A DNA stretch of 64,000 bases, taken from Opitutaceae bacterium BACL24 MAG-120322-bin51. GTDB lineage: Bacteria > Verrucomicrobiota > Verrucomicrobiia > Opitutales > Coraliomargaritaceae. The translations under genes were made by a program, and so were the position numbers. The stretch's first letter is position 1; every line of letters begins with the position of its first letter. Below, piece by piece: positions 46,153-57,670 of the stretch. The stretch spans positions 4,332 through 68,331 of the forward strand of contig CAJJBN010000024.1 in the NCBI GenBank assembly GCA_905182435.1, given 5' to 3'. Below the pieces are notes generated by a model. That model was not told where the DNA came from and did no database searches. It worked only from the letters and a program-made list of their open reading frames with translations.

Positions 46153-46713
46153 ATGACCGTATCCAGACACACCACCACACCCAACAACTCGCTGATTGTC
46201 ATCCTATGGGGCCTGATCTTCGCAAAATGCTTCACACTGGAATACTTCGTTCAAGTTTATGCGGTGCCAATTAATTCAGTGCTCTACATCTGGACCCTCA
46301 CACTCACCATGGCAACTGTTGCTACATTCGTATTTTTGCGAATCAAGGCTCAAGAAAAAAGTTTTCAACAAAGCCTGCAGCGCAATCTAGTCATCTGGGG
46401 CACTTCTGCAATCGCAATGCTCATCGCTCTTCTAGTGGTATACACATCACAAAGTATCAACCCCTATAGCATTCCAGCGCTACTGGCAGTCTGTCTTGGC
46501 GCTAGCTACCTAGTTCAAAGTCGCTTAAATAGTACTCTAAGCGATACATTCAGCGGCAGCGGTTGGTTAATCGGAGCTGGAATCCTGTTTGTGCAGAGCT
46601 CGGTTGAAAGCCTAATTCTGTTCGCTTTTTTGATCCTCACGCTGTCAGTCCTCCCAGTTGTAGTTCAAATGATCCGTCCGAAGCAAACACGCCAACAAGC
46701 AAGTTGCCATTAA
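46153..46713 (+). CDS. Integral membrane protein of unknown function
   Basis: 186 aa with about 6 hydrophobic segments. Confidence 0.7.
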   Translation: MTVSRHTTTPNNSLIVILWGLIFAKCFTLEYFVQVYAVPINSVLYIWTLTLTMATVATFVFLRIKAQEKSFQQSLQRNLVIWGTSAIAMLIALLVVYTSQSINPYSIPALLAVCLGASYLVQSRLNSTLSDTFSGSGWLIGAGILFVQSSVESLILFAFLILTLSVLPVVVQMIRPKQTRQQASCH

Positions 46714-46806
46714 TCGATGGCGCAGATTACGCGCGCAAATACGTAATTCGTCTTCCAGCAGAAAAGTAGCTGGACGCTAGTGGCTGCTTGGTCAAGATTT
46801 AGCACT

Positions 46807-47715
46807 ATGTCTACCGATCTCGATCCAGTCTATGAGGAACTCAAGCGCTTACAGCTTGAAGGAATGGATCGTGTCTTCATCGAAGACAGCACAATGGCAT
46901 TACTAGCACCGGTTGCAGCTCCAGCGGCACCGCCAATCGCGCCGCCCGCACCCGCCATTGACCTACAAGCCGCAATGAACTCCGGCCATAAGCCTAGCGC
47001 ACCAGCGGCAAAAAAGGTAGCGCCACGTAAAGAATCTGCGCCCACAACCACGCCACTCCCCGATGCCCCAACGGTCGAACTGCCGGAAGGCAATGCAGCG
47101 ACTCAAATGCAATGGCTCCAACAACAGGTGGAGAACTCACCGGTATGCAAGGAGCGGCTGCGACAGGATGAAAAAGTCGTCTTCGGCGAAGGTGCCCTCA
47201 CTGCCGATATATTTTATTGTGGCGAAGCCCCCAGCGAGGAAGATGCAGCTGTGGGCAGTCCCTTCCAAGGAAAGTCCGGTGAGCTCTTAACCAAAATATT
47301 AAACGCCATGGGTCTCTCGCGCGAGACGGTTTATCTGACCAATCTTCTAAAGTGGCGGCCGGAACACGACAAGCCTTACGGCAACCGCCCACCCACTCAG
47401 GACGAAATGGAATTTTGCCTGCCCTACTTGAAGGCTCAACTCGAAATCGTGCAGCCGAAAGTCATCATTGGGCTGGGCAATGCAACTGTGCTGGGCTTGT
47501 TGGGAGCAGATCCCAATCGTAAGATGGCCGCAATTCGTGGCACATGGCAGACTTTCCAAAATATCCCGCTCGTCTTCACTTTTCAGCCCTCGTACTTGCT
47601 CTTCAATGACACCATGAAGACTAAACGTATGGCATGGGAAGATATGTTGAAAGCCATGGAAAAAGTCGGCTTGCCAGTCAGCGAAAAGCAACAACGCTTC
47701 TTCCTACCCAAGTAA
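46807..47715 (+). CDS. Uracil-DNA glycosylase family 4-like protein with Pro/Ala-rich N-terminal linker
   Basis: VFGEG, GEAP, PF.G.SG.LL, TN..KWRP, NRPP, QPKVI..LG; canonical HPS appears as QPS. Confidence 0.8.
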   Translation: MSTDLDPVYEELKRLQLEGMDRVFIEDSTMALLAPVAAPAAPPIAPPAPAIDLQAAMNSGHKPSAPAAKKVAPRKESAPTTTPLPDAPTVELPEGNAATQMQWLQQQVENSPVCKERLRQDEKVVFGEGALTADIFYCGEAPSEEDAAVGSPFQGKSGELLTKILNAMGLSRETVYLTNLLKWRPEHDKPYGNRPPTQDEMEFCLPYLKAQLEIVQPKVIIGLGNATVLGLLGADPNRKMAAIRGTWQTFQNIPLVFTFQPSYLLFNDTMKTKRMAWEDMLKAMEKVGLPVSEKQQRFFLPK

Positions 47716-47739
47716 CCGCACGATCAACGACCTATCGAC

Positions 47740-47770
47740 AAAAAAGGCCGCAGTCACCTGCAGCCTTTTT
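47740..47770. terminator. Bidirectional terminator between UDG and clpC
   Basis: AAAAAAGGCCGCAG-loop-CTGCAGCCTTTTT. Confidence 0.7.
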
Positions 47771-47791
47771 GTAATTAGAAACTTGTTGCGA

Positions 47792-50275
47792 TTATGCCCC
47801 GGCAGCACCGGACACCTGCTGGCCTTGCTCAAAACTCAACTGGTCATCCTGCACATCGACCTGAATGACCTCACCAGCCTTGATTTCTCCTCCGAGAATG
47901 GCTTCAGCTAGAGAATCTTCGAGATGACGCTCAATCGCACGACGCAATGGACGCGCACCATACTTCACATCGTATCCCTTTTCGATCAGGAATGTCTTTG
48001 CTGCTTCCGAGAAATCAAACACCAAACCTTGATCCTTCAAACGATTCGATACGTTACGCAATTCAAGCTCGACGATTGCTTTCATATCTTCACGCCCAAG
48101 TGACTTAAAAATCACCAACTCATTCAAGCGATTCAAAAACTCAGGTTTAAAGACACGCTTGGTCTCATCGAGGATTTTCTCGCGAATCTTCTCATATTCA
48201 TTCTCGGCATTATCTTCGAGTCCGAAGCCCATCGACGTATTTCGTTGAAGAATCTCAGCTCCCACATTCGAAGTCATAATCAAAATCGTGTTACGGAAAT
48301 CGATCTTGCGTCCGAGACTATCAGTGAGGCGGCCTTCTTCGAGCACCTGCAAGAGCAACTGCACCACGTCTGGATGGGCTTTCTCGATTTCGTCAAACAA
48401 CACCACCGAATATGGCTTACGCCGAACTGCTTCAGTCAATTGACCGCCCTCTTCGTAACCGACATAACCAGGGGGCGAACCGACTAAACGTGAGACTGCA
48501 AACTTTTCCATATATTCAGACATATCAATCTGAATGATGGCATCTTGATTACCAAACATCTCTTCGGCTAACACTTTTGCTAGTAAGGTTTTACCGACAC
48601 CAGTGGGTCCAAGAAACATAAACGAACCAATCGGACGGCGCGGGTCTTTTAAGTCAGCACGAGAACGACGAAGCGCTTTAGAGACGACTTCGGTCGCAAT
48701 GTTTTGGCCAATGACCTCAGTCTGTAAATGACTCTCGAGCTTGAGCAACTTTTTGCTTTCTTTTTGCTCCATGCGTGACAGCGGTATACCCGTCCACGCA
48801 GCGACCACTTCGAGCATGTCATCTTCATCCACCACGATTTTGGTCTCCTCGCGGCTCTTCTTCCACTCCTCGATAACGTCGACTTGTTTTTGACGTAGTT
48901 GCTTTTCCTCATCGCGGAATTTAGCGGCCTCCTCGAAGTGCTGCCCACTAATCGCACCTTCCTTCTTCGCGCAGACATCTTCAATCGTGGCATTCATCTC
49001 CTCGATTTCAGGGGGACGCTTCAGCGACTCGATACGTGCACGCGCACCTGCTTCGTCCAAGATGTCGATAGCTTTATCAGGTAAGAAACGAGCAGTAATA
49101 TAACGTTCAGATAGTTTAGTTGCTACCTCCAGTGCACCGTCAGTGAACTTCACTTTATGGTGATCTTCATATTTACTCCGGATGCCCTTTAAGATTAAAA
49201 TCGTATCTTCGATTGAAGGTGCCTCGACCTTGACCGACTGAAAGCGGCGATCCAAGGCACTGTCCTTTTCAATATATTTACGGTATTCCGCAAGAGTGGT
49301 GGCACCGATACACTGCAGCTCACCGCGGCTCAATGCCGGCTTAAAGATATTCGAGGCATCCATTGCGCCTTCGGCAGCACCTGCACCCACAATGGTATGC
49401 AGCTCATCAATGAAGATAATTACATTCTTGGCGCGACGAATCTCATCCATCACTGCTTTGATGCGCTCTTCAAACTGACCACGATACTTCGTGCCAGCGA
49501 CCATGAGTGCCAAATCCAGTGTGATCACACGCTTATCGACCAAGATTTCCGGAACGACACCTGAGGCAATTTCCAGCGCCAGGCCTTCAACAATCGCAGT
49601 CTTACCCACGCCCGCTTCACCGATAATAACCGGATTACTCTTGGTGCGACGACACAGGATCTGAACTACACGGCGGATCTCATCCTTACGGCCGATCACT
49701 GGATCGAGTTCGCCCTTCTTTGCCATCTCAGTTAAATCGCGGCCAAAGGCTTTCAGCGCAGGCGTCTTGGATTCTTTCTTCTCATCCGATGCGCCAGGGC
49801 CTGCAGCAGCTTCTTCTGGCTCTCCAGAGAAATTGGGGTCGAGTTCTGAAAGAATCTCATTACGGCAGCGCTCAATATCAACTTCGAGTGATTTAAGCAC
49901 ACGTGCCGCAACGCCCTCACCTTCGCGCAACAATCCGAGCAAAATGTGCTCTGTGCCGACATACGAATGATTCAGGGCCTTGGCTTCTTTACCGGCCAGC
50001 GCCAACACCTTTTTAACCCGAGGCGTATATGGTATATTGCCAGAAGGTTTACTCTCTGGCCCCGTGCCAACCTGTTTTTCAACTGCAGCGCGCACGGTCT
50101 GCAAGTCGAGCCCCATTTTTTGAAGCACGTTCACAGCAACCCCCTGTCCTAAGTTGATTAGGCCTAACAATAAGTGTTCGGTGCCCACGTAGTTATGGTG
50201 AAAGCGATCCGCTTCTTTTCGAGCCAGAGCGAGCACTTGTTGTGCTCGCGGAGTAAAGTTATTCATTGGTTCCAT
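47792..50275 (-). CDS. clpC: ATP-dependent Clp protease ATP-binding subunit ClpC
   Basis: Two Clp-N repeats, GEAGVGKT, a UVR middle domain, GPTGVGKT and the MGF ClpP-binding loop. Confidence 0.96.
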   Translation of the reverse strand: MEPMNNFTPRAQQVLALARKEADRFHHNYVGTEHLLLGLINLGQGVAVNVLQKMGLDLQTVRAAVEKQVGTGPESKPSGNIPYTPRVKKVLALAGKEAKALNHSYVGTEHILLGLLREGEGVAARVLKSLEVDIERCRNEILSELDPNFSGEPEEAAAGPGASDEKKESKTPALKAFGRDLTEMAKKGELDPVIGRKDEIRRVVQILCRRTKSNPVIIGEAGVGKTAIVEGLALEIASGVVPEILVDKRVITLDLALMVAGTKYRGQFEERIKAVMDEIRRAKNVIIFIDELHTIVGAGAAEGAMDASNIFKPALSRGELQCIGATTLAEYRKYIEKDSALDRRFQSVKVEAPSIEDTILILKGIRSKYEDHHKVKFTDGALEVATKLSERYITARFLPDKAIDILDEAGARARIESLKRPPEIEEMNATIEDVCAKKEGAISGQHFEEAAKFRDEEKQLRQKQVDVIEEWKKSREETKIVVDEDDMLEVVAAWTGIPLSRMEQKESKKLLKLESHLQTEVIGQNIATEVVSKALRRSRADLKDPRRPIGSFMFLGPTGVGKTLLAKVLAEEMFGNQDAIIQIDMSEYMEKFAVSRLVGSPPGYVGYEEGGQLTEAVRRKPYSVVLFDEIEKAHPDVVQLLLQVLEEGRLTDSLGRKIDFRNTILIMTSNVGAEILQRNTSMGFGLEDNAENEYEKIREKILDETKRVFKPEFLNRLNELVIFKSLGREDMKAIVELELRNVSNRLKDQGLVFDFSEAAKTFLIEKGYDVKYGARPLRRAIERHLEDSLAEAILGGEIKAGEVIQVDVQDDQLSFEQGQQVSGAAGA

Positions 50276-50296
50276 AGTAATATCGTTTGCTAATAA

Positions 50297-51385
50297 TTAC
50301 TCCTGTTCTTGCAACTTGTCAAAAGCTAGAGCCGGTAGGTTTGAAAATTCTTGCCGAAGTTTATCTGCACGCGCAATATCGCGAGCCTCAGGTGCGATCC
50401 CCTCTTGCGCGGCATACTGCACATGCCCAGGCTGGCTTTCGATCACGAGTCGATCGACGTCGGCACGATTCGCTTCAGGCAGCATTCCAAAATCAACTGC
50501 TAAGCGAATAAATGAGAGTAAATTCAGCGCTTCGTCCGAAGCGATGACATGCGTATTTTTCAGCACGCCAAAGGCACGGCCAATTTGATCGAGCAACTTC
50601 GCGCGGCTCTCTTCGAGATACTTGAAGCGCGCGTTCAACTCATGATCGATCACCGTCTTTAGCACATTCGCTAAACTTTCCAAAATCTCGGATTCACTCT
50701 CGCCTAAAGTCTGTTGATTTGAAATCTGAAAAATGTGGCCACTGGCATCCGAACCTTCGCCGAAGAGGCCACGCACGGTAATCCCCAATTGGCTGACCGC
50801 ACGAATCACACGTTCCATCTGGCCAGAGATCACCAGTCCTGGCAAATGCATCATCACAGACGCACGTAATCCGGTGCCCAAGTTTGTGGGACAAGCCGTC
50901 AAGTAGCCGAAATCCTCAGAAAACGCCACGTCGATGGTCTTTTCCAACTCCGAATCAAATGCATCGATCAACTTCCAGACTGATTTCAAATTGAAGCCTG
51001 CCTTCAAAAACTGGATTCGCAGATGATCCTCCTCATTGATCATTACCGAACAGGTCTGGCCCTTATTGATGTAAACCCCAGTGCCTGCTTCGCCATCGCA
51101 CAGTTCTCGACTGATCAGGTGACGCTCGACTAGCACTTGCTTCTCCAAGGTAGATAAATCTGCGATGTCAAAAAAACTGCCCTTGTTCATCTGCGGCAGC
51201 GCACTCAATTGATCCGCACAACGGGTGAGTACATCGCGGCGCTGCAAGACATCCGCACGTTCAGGAAATGGCTGACCGACCAAGTTTCTGGCCAATCGAA
51301 TCCGAGTGCTAAGTACAACCGGAGCCGCCTTCTTGACTGCCTGCGTCAACTCAGCGCGCTCATCATTAATGAGTGATTCGATCAT
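50297..51385 (-). CDS. mcsB: Protein arginine kinase
   Basis: STRIRLARN, LVERHLIS, NEEDHLRIQ, ACPTNLGTGLRAS, FQISNQ.TLG. Confidence 0.95.
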   Translation of the reverse strand: MIESLINDERAELTQAVKKAAPVVLSTRIRLARNLVGQPFPERADVLQRRDVLTRCADQLSALPQMNKGSFFDIADLSTLEKQVLVERHLISRELCDGEAGTGVYINKGQTCSVMINEEDHLRIQFLKAGFNLKSVWKLIDAFDSELEKTIDVAFSEDFGYLTACPTNLGTGLRASVMMHLPGLVISGQMERVIRAVSQLGITVRGLFGEGSDASGHIFQISNQQTLGESESEILESLANVLKTVIDHELNARFKYLEESRAKLLDQIGRAFGVLKNTHVIASDEALNLLSFIRLAVDFGMLPEANRADVDRLVIESQPGHVQYAAQEGIAPEARDIARADKLRQEFSNLPALAFDKLQEQE

Positions 51386-51891
51386 TTAGGAGAGACCTCC
51401 AACTCTTCCGTCTCTTTGATGACTTTGATTTGATCGCGAAATTTAGCGGCGTCCTCGTAAGCTTCCTCGGCAACAGCACGTGCTAGCGAATCCATTAGGT
51501 TCTTCAACTGCATTTGACTCGATTGACGACTCAACGCGTCCGTAGGCACCTTGCCCTGGTGAGCGGTGCCCGCATGCATATCTTCAAGCACCGGAAAGAC
51601 CAATGATCTAAAGACCTCATAGCAAGCCGAACACCCCAAGCGGCCCGTGCGGCGAAAATCCGCCGACTCCTGCCCACAGCTTTGGCACACCAACTGTGCC
51701 TCGCCAGAGACAGGCGTGAGCGGTGTCTTCGACATCAAGTCTGCCAACGAAAAGCCTTCAGGGTCTGTGACTCCTTTCTTTTGGGCACAAGACTCACAGA
51801 GATCCACTTTATGGATCTTGTTATTAACGATCTGCGTCAGATGCACGGTGGCTTCCTGATCGCAGATGCTGCACTTCAAATTCTCAGCCAT
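51382..51891 (-). CDS. mcsA: McsA activator (CxxC motifs + UVR domain)
   Basis: Four CxxC motifs, GRLGC..CY, E.YEDAA..RD.I. Confidence 0.93.
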   Translation of the reverse strand: MAENLKCSICDQEATVHLTQIVNNKIHKVDLCESCAQKKGVTDPEGFSLADLMSKTPLTPVSGEAQLVCQSCGQESADFRRTGRLGCSACYEVFRSLVFPVLEDMHAGTAHQGKVPTDALSRQSSQMQLKNLMDSLARAVAEEAYEDAAKFRDQIKVIKETEELEVSPK

Positions 51892-52072
51892 ATATTATAA
51901 AGTATAAAAGTCGGGTTGCTTGGCAAAGCGAAAACTTCGATTCAAGGTGATCAAATGCGCTTTATCAAGAGGTTTACGAGCTTTTGACAGTCGCCATCGA
52001 AAGATGTGCCCAGCGCCCAAGAAAATACTTGAGCAAGGCTGCAATCACCAGAATCCTCCATTGCCACGCACA

Positions 52073-52939
52073 TTAAAGCATCGTGCCCTCGACCGTGACA
52101 CGGCGTTTGAAACTCTCGAGGAATTTCGCGGTGACTGGGCCAGGCTTACCATTGCCAATCACGCGCGCATCAATCTCAACGATTGGTACGATCTCGGCAG
52201 CCGTCCCAGTCAAAAACACTTCCTCTGCGACCCAGACATCGTAGCGCGTCATATTCGCCTCGCGCCAAGGTATACCCAGCTCATCAGCAATCGCCAGTGC
52301 AGTATCACGAGTAATGCCCTTCAAGGCACCGGAACTCGCAGCTGGTGTGATCAATTCGCCCTTGTGCACGATAAAGATGTTATCACCAGTGCACTCCGCA
52401 ATATAGCCCTGATCGTTGAGCATAATCGCCTCATGATAGCCAAGGTGCTGTGCTTCGATTTTAGCTAGAATATTGTTCAGGTAGTTGAGCGACTTCACTG
52501 CTGGCGGCAGCGCCGAAGGATTACAACGACGGGTCGGCACGGTGATAATTTTCAGGCCATTGTCGTAAAACTCCTGAGGATACAATTGAATCGTATCAGC
52601 AATGATAATTAGTTGTGGTTCGTTGCAGTTCTTGATCGAAAGTCCAAGACTGCCGACACCACGCGTCACTACCAAACGAATATAGCCATTTTTCAAACCA
52701 TTCGCACGGCAAGTCTCGCACAGCGCATCCGAGATCTCTTGGCGCGTCCATGATAATTCGAGCATGATCGCTTTGGCGGAATACTCTAAACGCTCCAAAT
52801 GCTCATCGAGCTTAAATACACAGCCATCATAGAGGCGAATACCTTCAAAAATACCGTCACCATAGAGCAACCCATGATCGAACACCGAGACTGTCGCCTC
52901 GCTGGCATCGACCAACTTATCATTCATATAAATCTTCAT
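52073..52939 (-). CDS. ilvE: Branched-chain amino acid aminotransferase
   Basis: DHGLLYGDGIFEG, YIRLVVTRG, KSLNYLNN, ECTGDNIF, L.GITR, FLTGTAAE. Confidence 0.92.
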   Translation of the reverse strand: MKIYMNDKLVDASEATVSVFDHGLLYGDGIFEGIRLYDGCVFKLDEHLERLEYSAKAIMLELSWTRQEISDALCETCRANGLKNGYIRLVVTRGVGSLGLSIKNCNEPQLIIIADTIQLYPQEFYDNGLKIITVPTRRCNPSALPPAVKSLNYLNNILAKIEAQHLGYHEAIMLNDQGYIAECTGDNIFIVHKGELITPAASSGALKGITRDTALAIADELGIPWREANMTRYDVWVAEEVFLTGTAAEIVPIVEIDARVIGNGKPGPVTAKFLESFKRRVTVEGTML

Positions 52940-53331
52940 AAACATAAGGATGATGAAGGTGGATTTCGTTTTGTCTAGCCTCCATCACCATTCAAATGCG
53001 AGTTCGTCCGAAAAATTCAACTGCGCGCGATATTTAGCGTTGATGGCATCGAGTGCGGTTGCACGGCCCAAACTCTCTGGCCAACCATTTAGGTGTCACG
53101 ACGTTTCCAATGATAGATACTGGGTTTCATCGGTCAAATTGATCGTATCGGCGATCAGGAGTTGTTTTGAGCGCAGACCGTGCGTGGTAGTGCTGCCTTA
53201 ACCTGAAAAGCACCGTGGTTGAAACATTTTTTTGCCTGCGCGCTCAGCGCGGAGCCCGAATTACAACAGCAAGCCTGCCTTGAATGATACTGATGTTGCT
53301 ACAGTTGCTCCGCGGGCTGCCGCACACATAC

Positions 53332-53364
53332 AAAAAAGCCCCAGTCATAACGACAGGGGCTTTT
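53332..53364 (-). terminator. Rho-independent terminator
   Basis: AAAAAAGCCCC.GTC-loop-GAC.GGGGCTTTT downstream of the phosphorylase gene. Confidence 0.7.
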
Positions 53365-53383
53365 GTGCAAAACGTGGCGTGGT

Positions 53384-54718
53384 TTATGCGACGCGTTCGA
53401 CAATCAGTAACGGTGGATTCGGACGCTTCGGAGCGAGGCGGTAAGCCGTCTTGAGGTACTCAAGTGCTTCTTCCATCTTAGCTTCGTCGTTGTAATGGAT
53501 CATCATCAACGGCTCACCTTGCTTAACTTGCGTGCCAACCTTCTTGATTTCAGAAACACCCACTGCAGGATCGTACTTACCGTTCTTCTTCATCGCCAAC
53601 TTCTGCACGCCTTCGGCGATCAGACCAGCATTAATAGTGTGAACATAGCCACGCTTAGGGGCAGGCAACTTACGCACGTGCTTCGCTGTTGGGAATTTAT
53701 CAGGATCATCGATCACAGAGATATCACCACCTTGCGCCTCGACCATATCTTTAAACTTCTGCAGCGCGGAACCATCTTTAAGGTGGCGTTGCACAGTCTG
53801 CTTTGCGGAGAGTGTTGAACCCGCGACCCCAGCGAGGCGTACGATTTCCATACCGAGCTTGAGTACCAACTCTTGCAGATCCTCAGGACCTTCACCCTTG
53901 AGCAACTGAATCGCTTCCTTAATTTCAAGCGCAGTACCCACGGTATCACCGAGTGGTTGATTCATATCAGTCACCAATGCCACGCAACGGCGCTTCATTG
54001 ATCGACCGACACGGGTAATCGAACGTGCCAACTGCTTGGCTTGCTCGACATCCTTGATGAACGAACCGTTGCCCCACTTCACATCGATCACGAGGCCTTC
54101 TGCACCTTCAGCCAACTTGCGACTGAGCACACTACCTGTGATCAACGGCAAACTCGGAATCGTGCCAGTCAGCTGACGTAATTTATAAAATTTCGCGTCC
54201 ACTGGAGAAATCTCCGGATCTTGCTTAATAAAAGTACAACCGACTGTCTTCAACTGAGCTTTAAAGCCCTCCAAATCCAGGATTGGATTAAAATTCGGAA
54301 TTGAAGAAAGCTTATCAAGATTACTAATAACGTGCTCTTCATCAACGCCATTCATGGTTGGCATGACCACGCCACAAGCAGCTGCGAGTGGACCGAGTAC
54401 GAGTGTAGTTTTATCACCAACACCACCGGTTGAGTATTTGTCGATCTTCGGGCGGGAGATACCAGTTAGGTCAATCACCTCACCAGACAGCATCATCTCC
54501 TCAGCAAAAATGGCCGTCTCTTGAGCAGACATGCCCTGGAAAAAGATAGCCATTGCAAGAGCCGATTGTTGAAATTCAGGGAGGTCATCATCCAAAATGG
54601 AATCGACGATGTAGCGAATCTCCGCGTCGGAGAATTCGCCACCGTCACGCTTCTTTTCAACTAGAAAGCTGAAGGAAGGCTTAATGAACTTACGAGCGCT
54701 GATAATATTCTTTCTCAT
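53384..54718 (-). CDS. Thymidine/pyrimidine-nucleoside phosphorylase homologue with divergent active-site motifs
   Basis: KKRDG, DKYSTGGVGDK, DVK.G.G.F, TDMNQPLG..VG.ALE and the C-terminal PYNP domain. Confidence 0.82.
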   Translation of the reverse strand: MRKNIISARKFIKPSFSFLVEKKRDGGEFSDAEIRYIVDSILDDDLPEFQQSALAMAIFFQGMSAQETAIFAEEMMLSGEVIDLTGISRPKIDKYSTGGVGDKTTLVLGPLAAACGVVMPTMNGVDEEHVISNLDKLSSIPNFNPILDLEGFKAQLKTVGCTFIKQDPEISPVDAKFYKLRQLTGTIPSLPLITGSVLSRKLAEGAEGLVIDVKWGNGSFIKDVEQAKQLARSITRVGRSMKRRCVALVTDMNQPLGDTVGTALEIKEAIQLLKGEGPEDLQELVLKLGMEIVRLAGVAGSTLSAKQTVQRHLKDGSALQKFKDMVEAQGGDISVIDDPDKFPTAKHVRKLPAPKRGYVHTINAGLIAEGVQKLAMKKNGKYDPAVGVSEIKKVGTQVKQGEPLMMIHYNDEAKMEEALEYLKTAYRLAPKRPNPPLLIVERVA

Positions 54719-54937
54719 TTAATAAAAATGTAGGAATCAATTGATTTGCCCATCGAGAAGGCATAAACATTTATGTATTAGGCGATTAGAAGGGCTATTG
54801 TCGAGCCTAAATAACGGGATTCTAGAAATAGAATCTTACAGCATGCTCGGGCAAACTAGCATAAGTATTCGACTCAAACAGAAAGTTCCCGAAAGCAGAG
54901 CTTGACGCCGAGCGCTCTGGATTTTGCTCTGCTCCCC

Positions 54938-56717
54938 ATGAAGGTTTGGTTCAACCCATCTAAGGCAATCGAAAGTGCGCTATCGACAATCGCAGCTCAG
55001 ACAGAGGGTTTCGGCTCGGAGTTCGTGCCTGGCGTGCGCCCTGCTGATCCACGTTTCGGTGACTATCAGGCCAATGGCGTGCTCGCCTTTGCCAAAAAGA
55101 ACGGGCTCAATCCGCGCGAACTTGCCACCCGCCTGATTGCCGCTGCAGAAGCCTCCGACGAATTCGACCCGGCGTTCGTGACGCTCGACATTGCTGGCCC
55201 TGGCTTCATTAATTTTACGCTCACGCCTGAGTTCATCTGGCAGTGGCAACTCGCGTTCTCCACCAAAGAGGACTACCAAAGTGGCGCTAAAGCCCTCAAA
55301 GACGGTCGCAAAGTCATCATCGACTATCCGAGCGCCAACACCGCCAAGCAAGCACACATCGGCCACTTGCGCCCAATGGTGATCGGCCAGGCCATCGCCC
55401 GCCTGCTCGATTTCTGTGGAGCCGACCTAATTCGCGACAACCACATCGGCGATTGGGGCACCAACTTCGGCACCTTGATCATGAAGATCAAGCGCGACGG
55501 CGTCGACCTTTCCGAGCTTGGCGAAAATGCTCTCGTCACCCTCGATCAACTCTACAAAGACGGCAGCGCTCTCGAAGTCGAGCAACCCGAACTGCGCGAT
55601 ATTTCCCGCAACGAGCTCGTGCTTCTACAAAACGGCGATACCGAGAACAGCATACTTTGGGACCAAATCGTCGAAATCTCCAAAGTCGCGTTTGATAAGC
55701 TATTCGTGCAAATCGGCGTCGAGATCGACATCACCCTCGGCGAATCCTTCTACCGCGACAAAGTGCAACGCATCTACGCCGAGTTGACCGAAGTCGGCCT
55801 CGCCGAACAAAGCGACGGCGCACTGGTCGTCTGGCACGACGAGATCAAAAAATTCTCGCGCGATAACGAGCGCCCTTTTCCATTCAATATTCGTAAGCAA
55901 GACGGCGCCAGCAACTACGCCTCCACCGATCTGGCGACCGTGCTTTATCGCTTGGAAGAGTTTAAGGCCGACGAGATCATCTACCTGACCGACGCCCGCC
56001 AACAAGATCACTTCCAGCAGCTCTTTCTGACCACTGAAAAATGGTTCAAGGCCAAGGGCTATGCGCAGCCAGAGATGAACCACGTCTTCTGGGGCACCAT
56101 TCTCGGGGCCGACAAGAAGCCCTTTAAAACCAAGTCCGGCGAGTCGATTAAACTCCAGGAACTCCTCGACGAAGCCCGCAACCGCGCCTTCGACGTCGTC
56201 ACCGAGAAGAATCCAGACCTCGACGAAGCCGAGCGTCGCGAGATCGCTGAGTCCGTTGGTATTGGTGCAATAAAATACGCCGACCTTTCCAGCAACCGCA
56301 CACAAGACTACGTCTTTAGTTGGGATCGCCTCCTCAGCTTCGAGGGCAATACCGCGCCCTATCTGCTCTACGCAGTCGCTCGTATCAACAGTATTTTCCG
56401 TAAAGTCGGCGTCGATCCCGAAGCGCCAATCGAAGCTGGCGAGCCAAGTAGAGACTGAGGCCGAACTTGCGCTCGCGCGTAAGATTATGGGCTTCGTCAC
56501 TGCACTGGAGCTAACGCTCAATGATCTGCGTCCGCACTTTCTCTGCACTTATTTGTATGAATTGGCTGGTGCCTACAGCAGCTTCTACAATGCCGACAAG
56601 GTGATGGTCGACGATACCGCGGTTAAGGCTCGCCGCCTGTTACTCTGCGCACGAACCCGCACCGTACTGATGACCGGTCTAGAGCTGCTCGGCATTAAGC
56701 CGTTGGAGCGCATGTAA
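54938..56717 (+). CDS. argS: Arginine--tRNA ligase; frameshift at ~56440
   Basis: FGDYQAN, AGPGFIN, HIGH, HIGDWG, GESFY, FKTKSG, GNTAPYLLYA. The DALR domain is in ORF 56487-56717. Confidence 0.93.
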
Positions 56718-56782
56718 GTTTAAGCCGCAAACCAAACTCCGAATCCGGCTTTGATTTATAATACTGTGGGGAACACGTCTCC

Positions 56783-57670
56783 TCAATCGCCATCACTACG
56801 TTCGACAAGTACAGCCAGCAAGGCCTGCCCCAATTCACGATCCGAGGCAAATAACACGCCGCGGTGATTCATGAATGTAGAATCTACTCGATTTAAATCC
56901 AAGCGCTGTCCTGGCAACATCGCTGCACCACGCGTCCAACTCTGCGTAGATGCACGCCGTCGCAGCATAATCCCAGAGACTCCCGCCACCAGCCTGCGGC
57001 TTCGGGAATTTGAAATAGCACGCAGGCGCTTGCTCCAATACCCACAACGCATTCATCACCGCACCGCCCGTCAAAGTTGCTTCCAGCCCATCCTGGCCGA
57101 GCTCACTCGCCAATACCTGCAACTGCGCCAGCGCCGCGTCAAACTGCGGGTGACTCACGATGCTACGATCTGAAATAAAGCTCAGAGGCGCAGCCTCTGA
57201 CGATGGTGGCAACTCAGTCCGTTACGCAACACACCCTGCCCCTGCACTGCCTGATACTGAGTGCCAGTCGATGGATCATAGACCACCCCAATCAACGGCG
57301 TACCATCCCGAGCCACCAATGCAATCGAAACCGCATAACCAGGAATCGACTCCGTAAATGGTAAAGTCCCATCGAGCGGATCAATACACCAGAATGCATC
57401 TTTCTCTAAACGACTACCATCATCGGGCTGCTCTTCAGTCAACAGTGCGAGATCGAAGGCCGCACAAGTCGGCTGCAAGTGCTTTAGGATAATTGCCTGA
57501 CTCAACTCATCCACCTCCGTCACTACCTGCGAGGCGAGACTCTCCCCGCCAGCCTTGTGCTGCACCAAAACCTCACGACCATCGTACTGAGCAATCAAGA
57601 CGCCTGCCTCCTTCACTGCCGTCGCCGCGCACCCAACGAGCTGGATCAAATCTTCCGCGCTTAATCGCAT
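56783..57670 (-). CDS. Inositol monophosphatase / CysQ-family phosphatase; two apparent frameshifts (~57205, ~56905)
   Basis: [18 protein letters not shown] and GSLWDYAA spread over ORFs 57182-57670, 56835-57212 and 56783-57052. Confidence 0.8.

Noticed and set aside
47792-51891. mcsA-mcsB-clpC without ctsR as a novelty
   Set aside because: This arrangement is already known in PVC bacteria such as Chlamydia.
52950-53330. Riboswitch or leader peptide upstream of ilvE
   Set aside because: No T-box, attenuator peptide or known aptamer motif could be recognised by eye.
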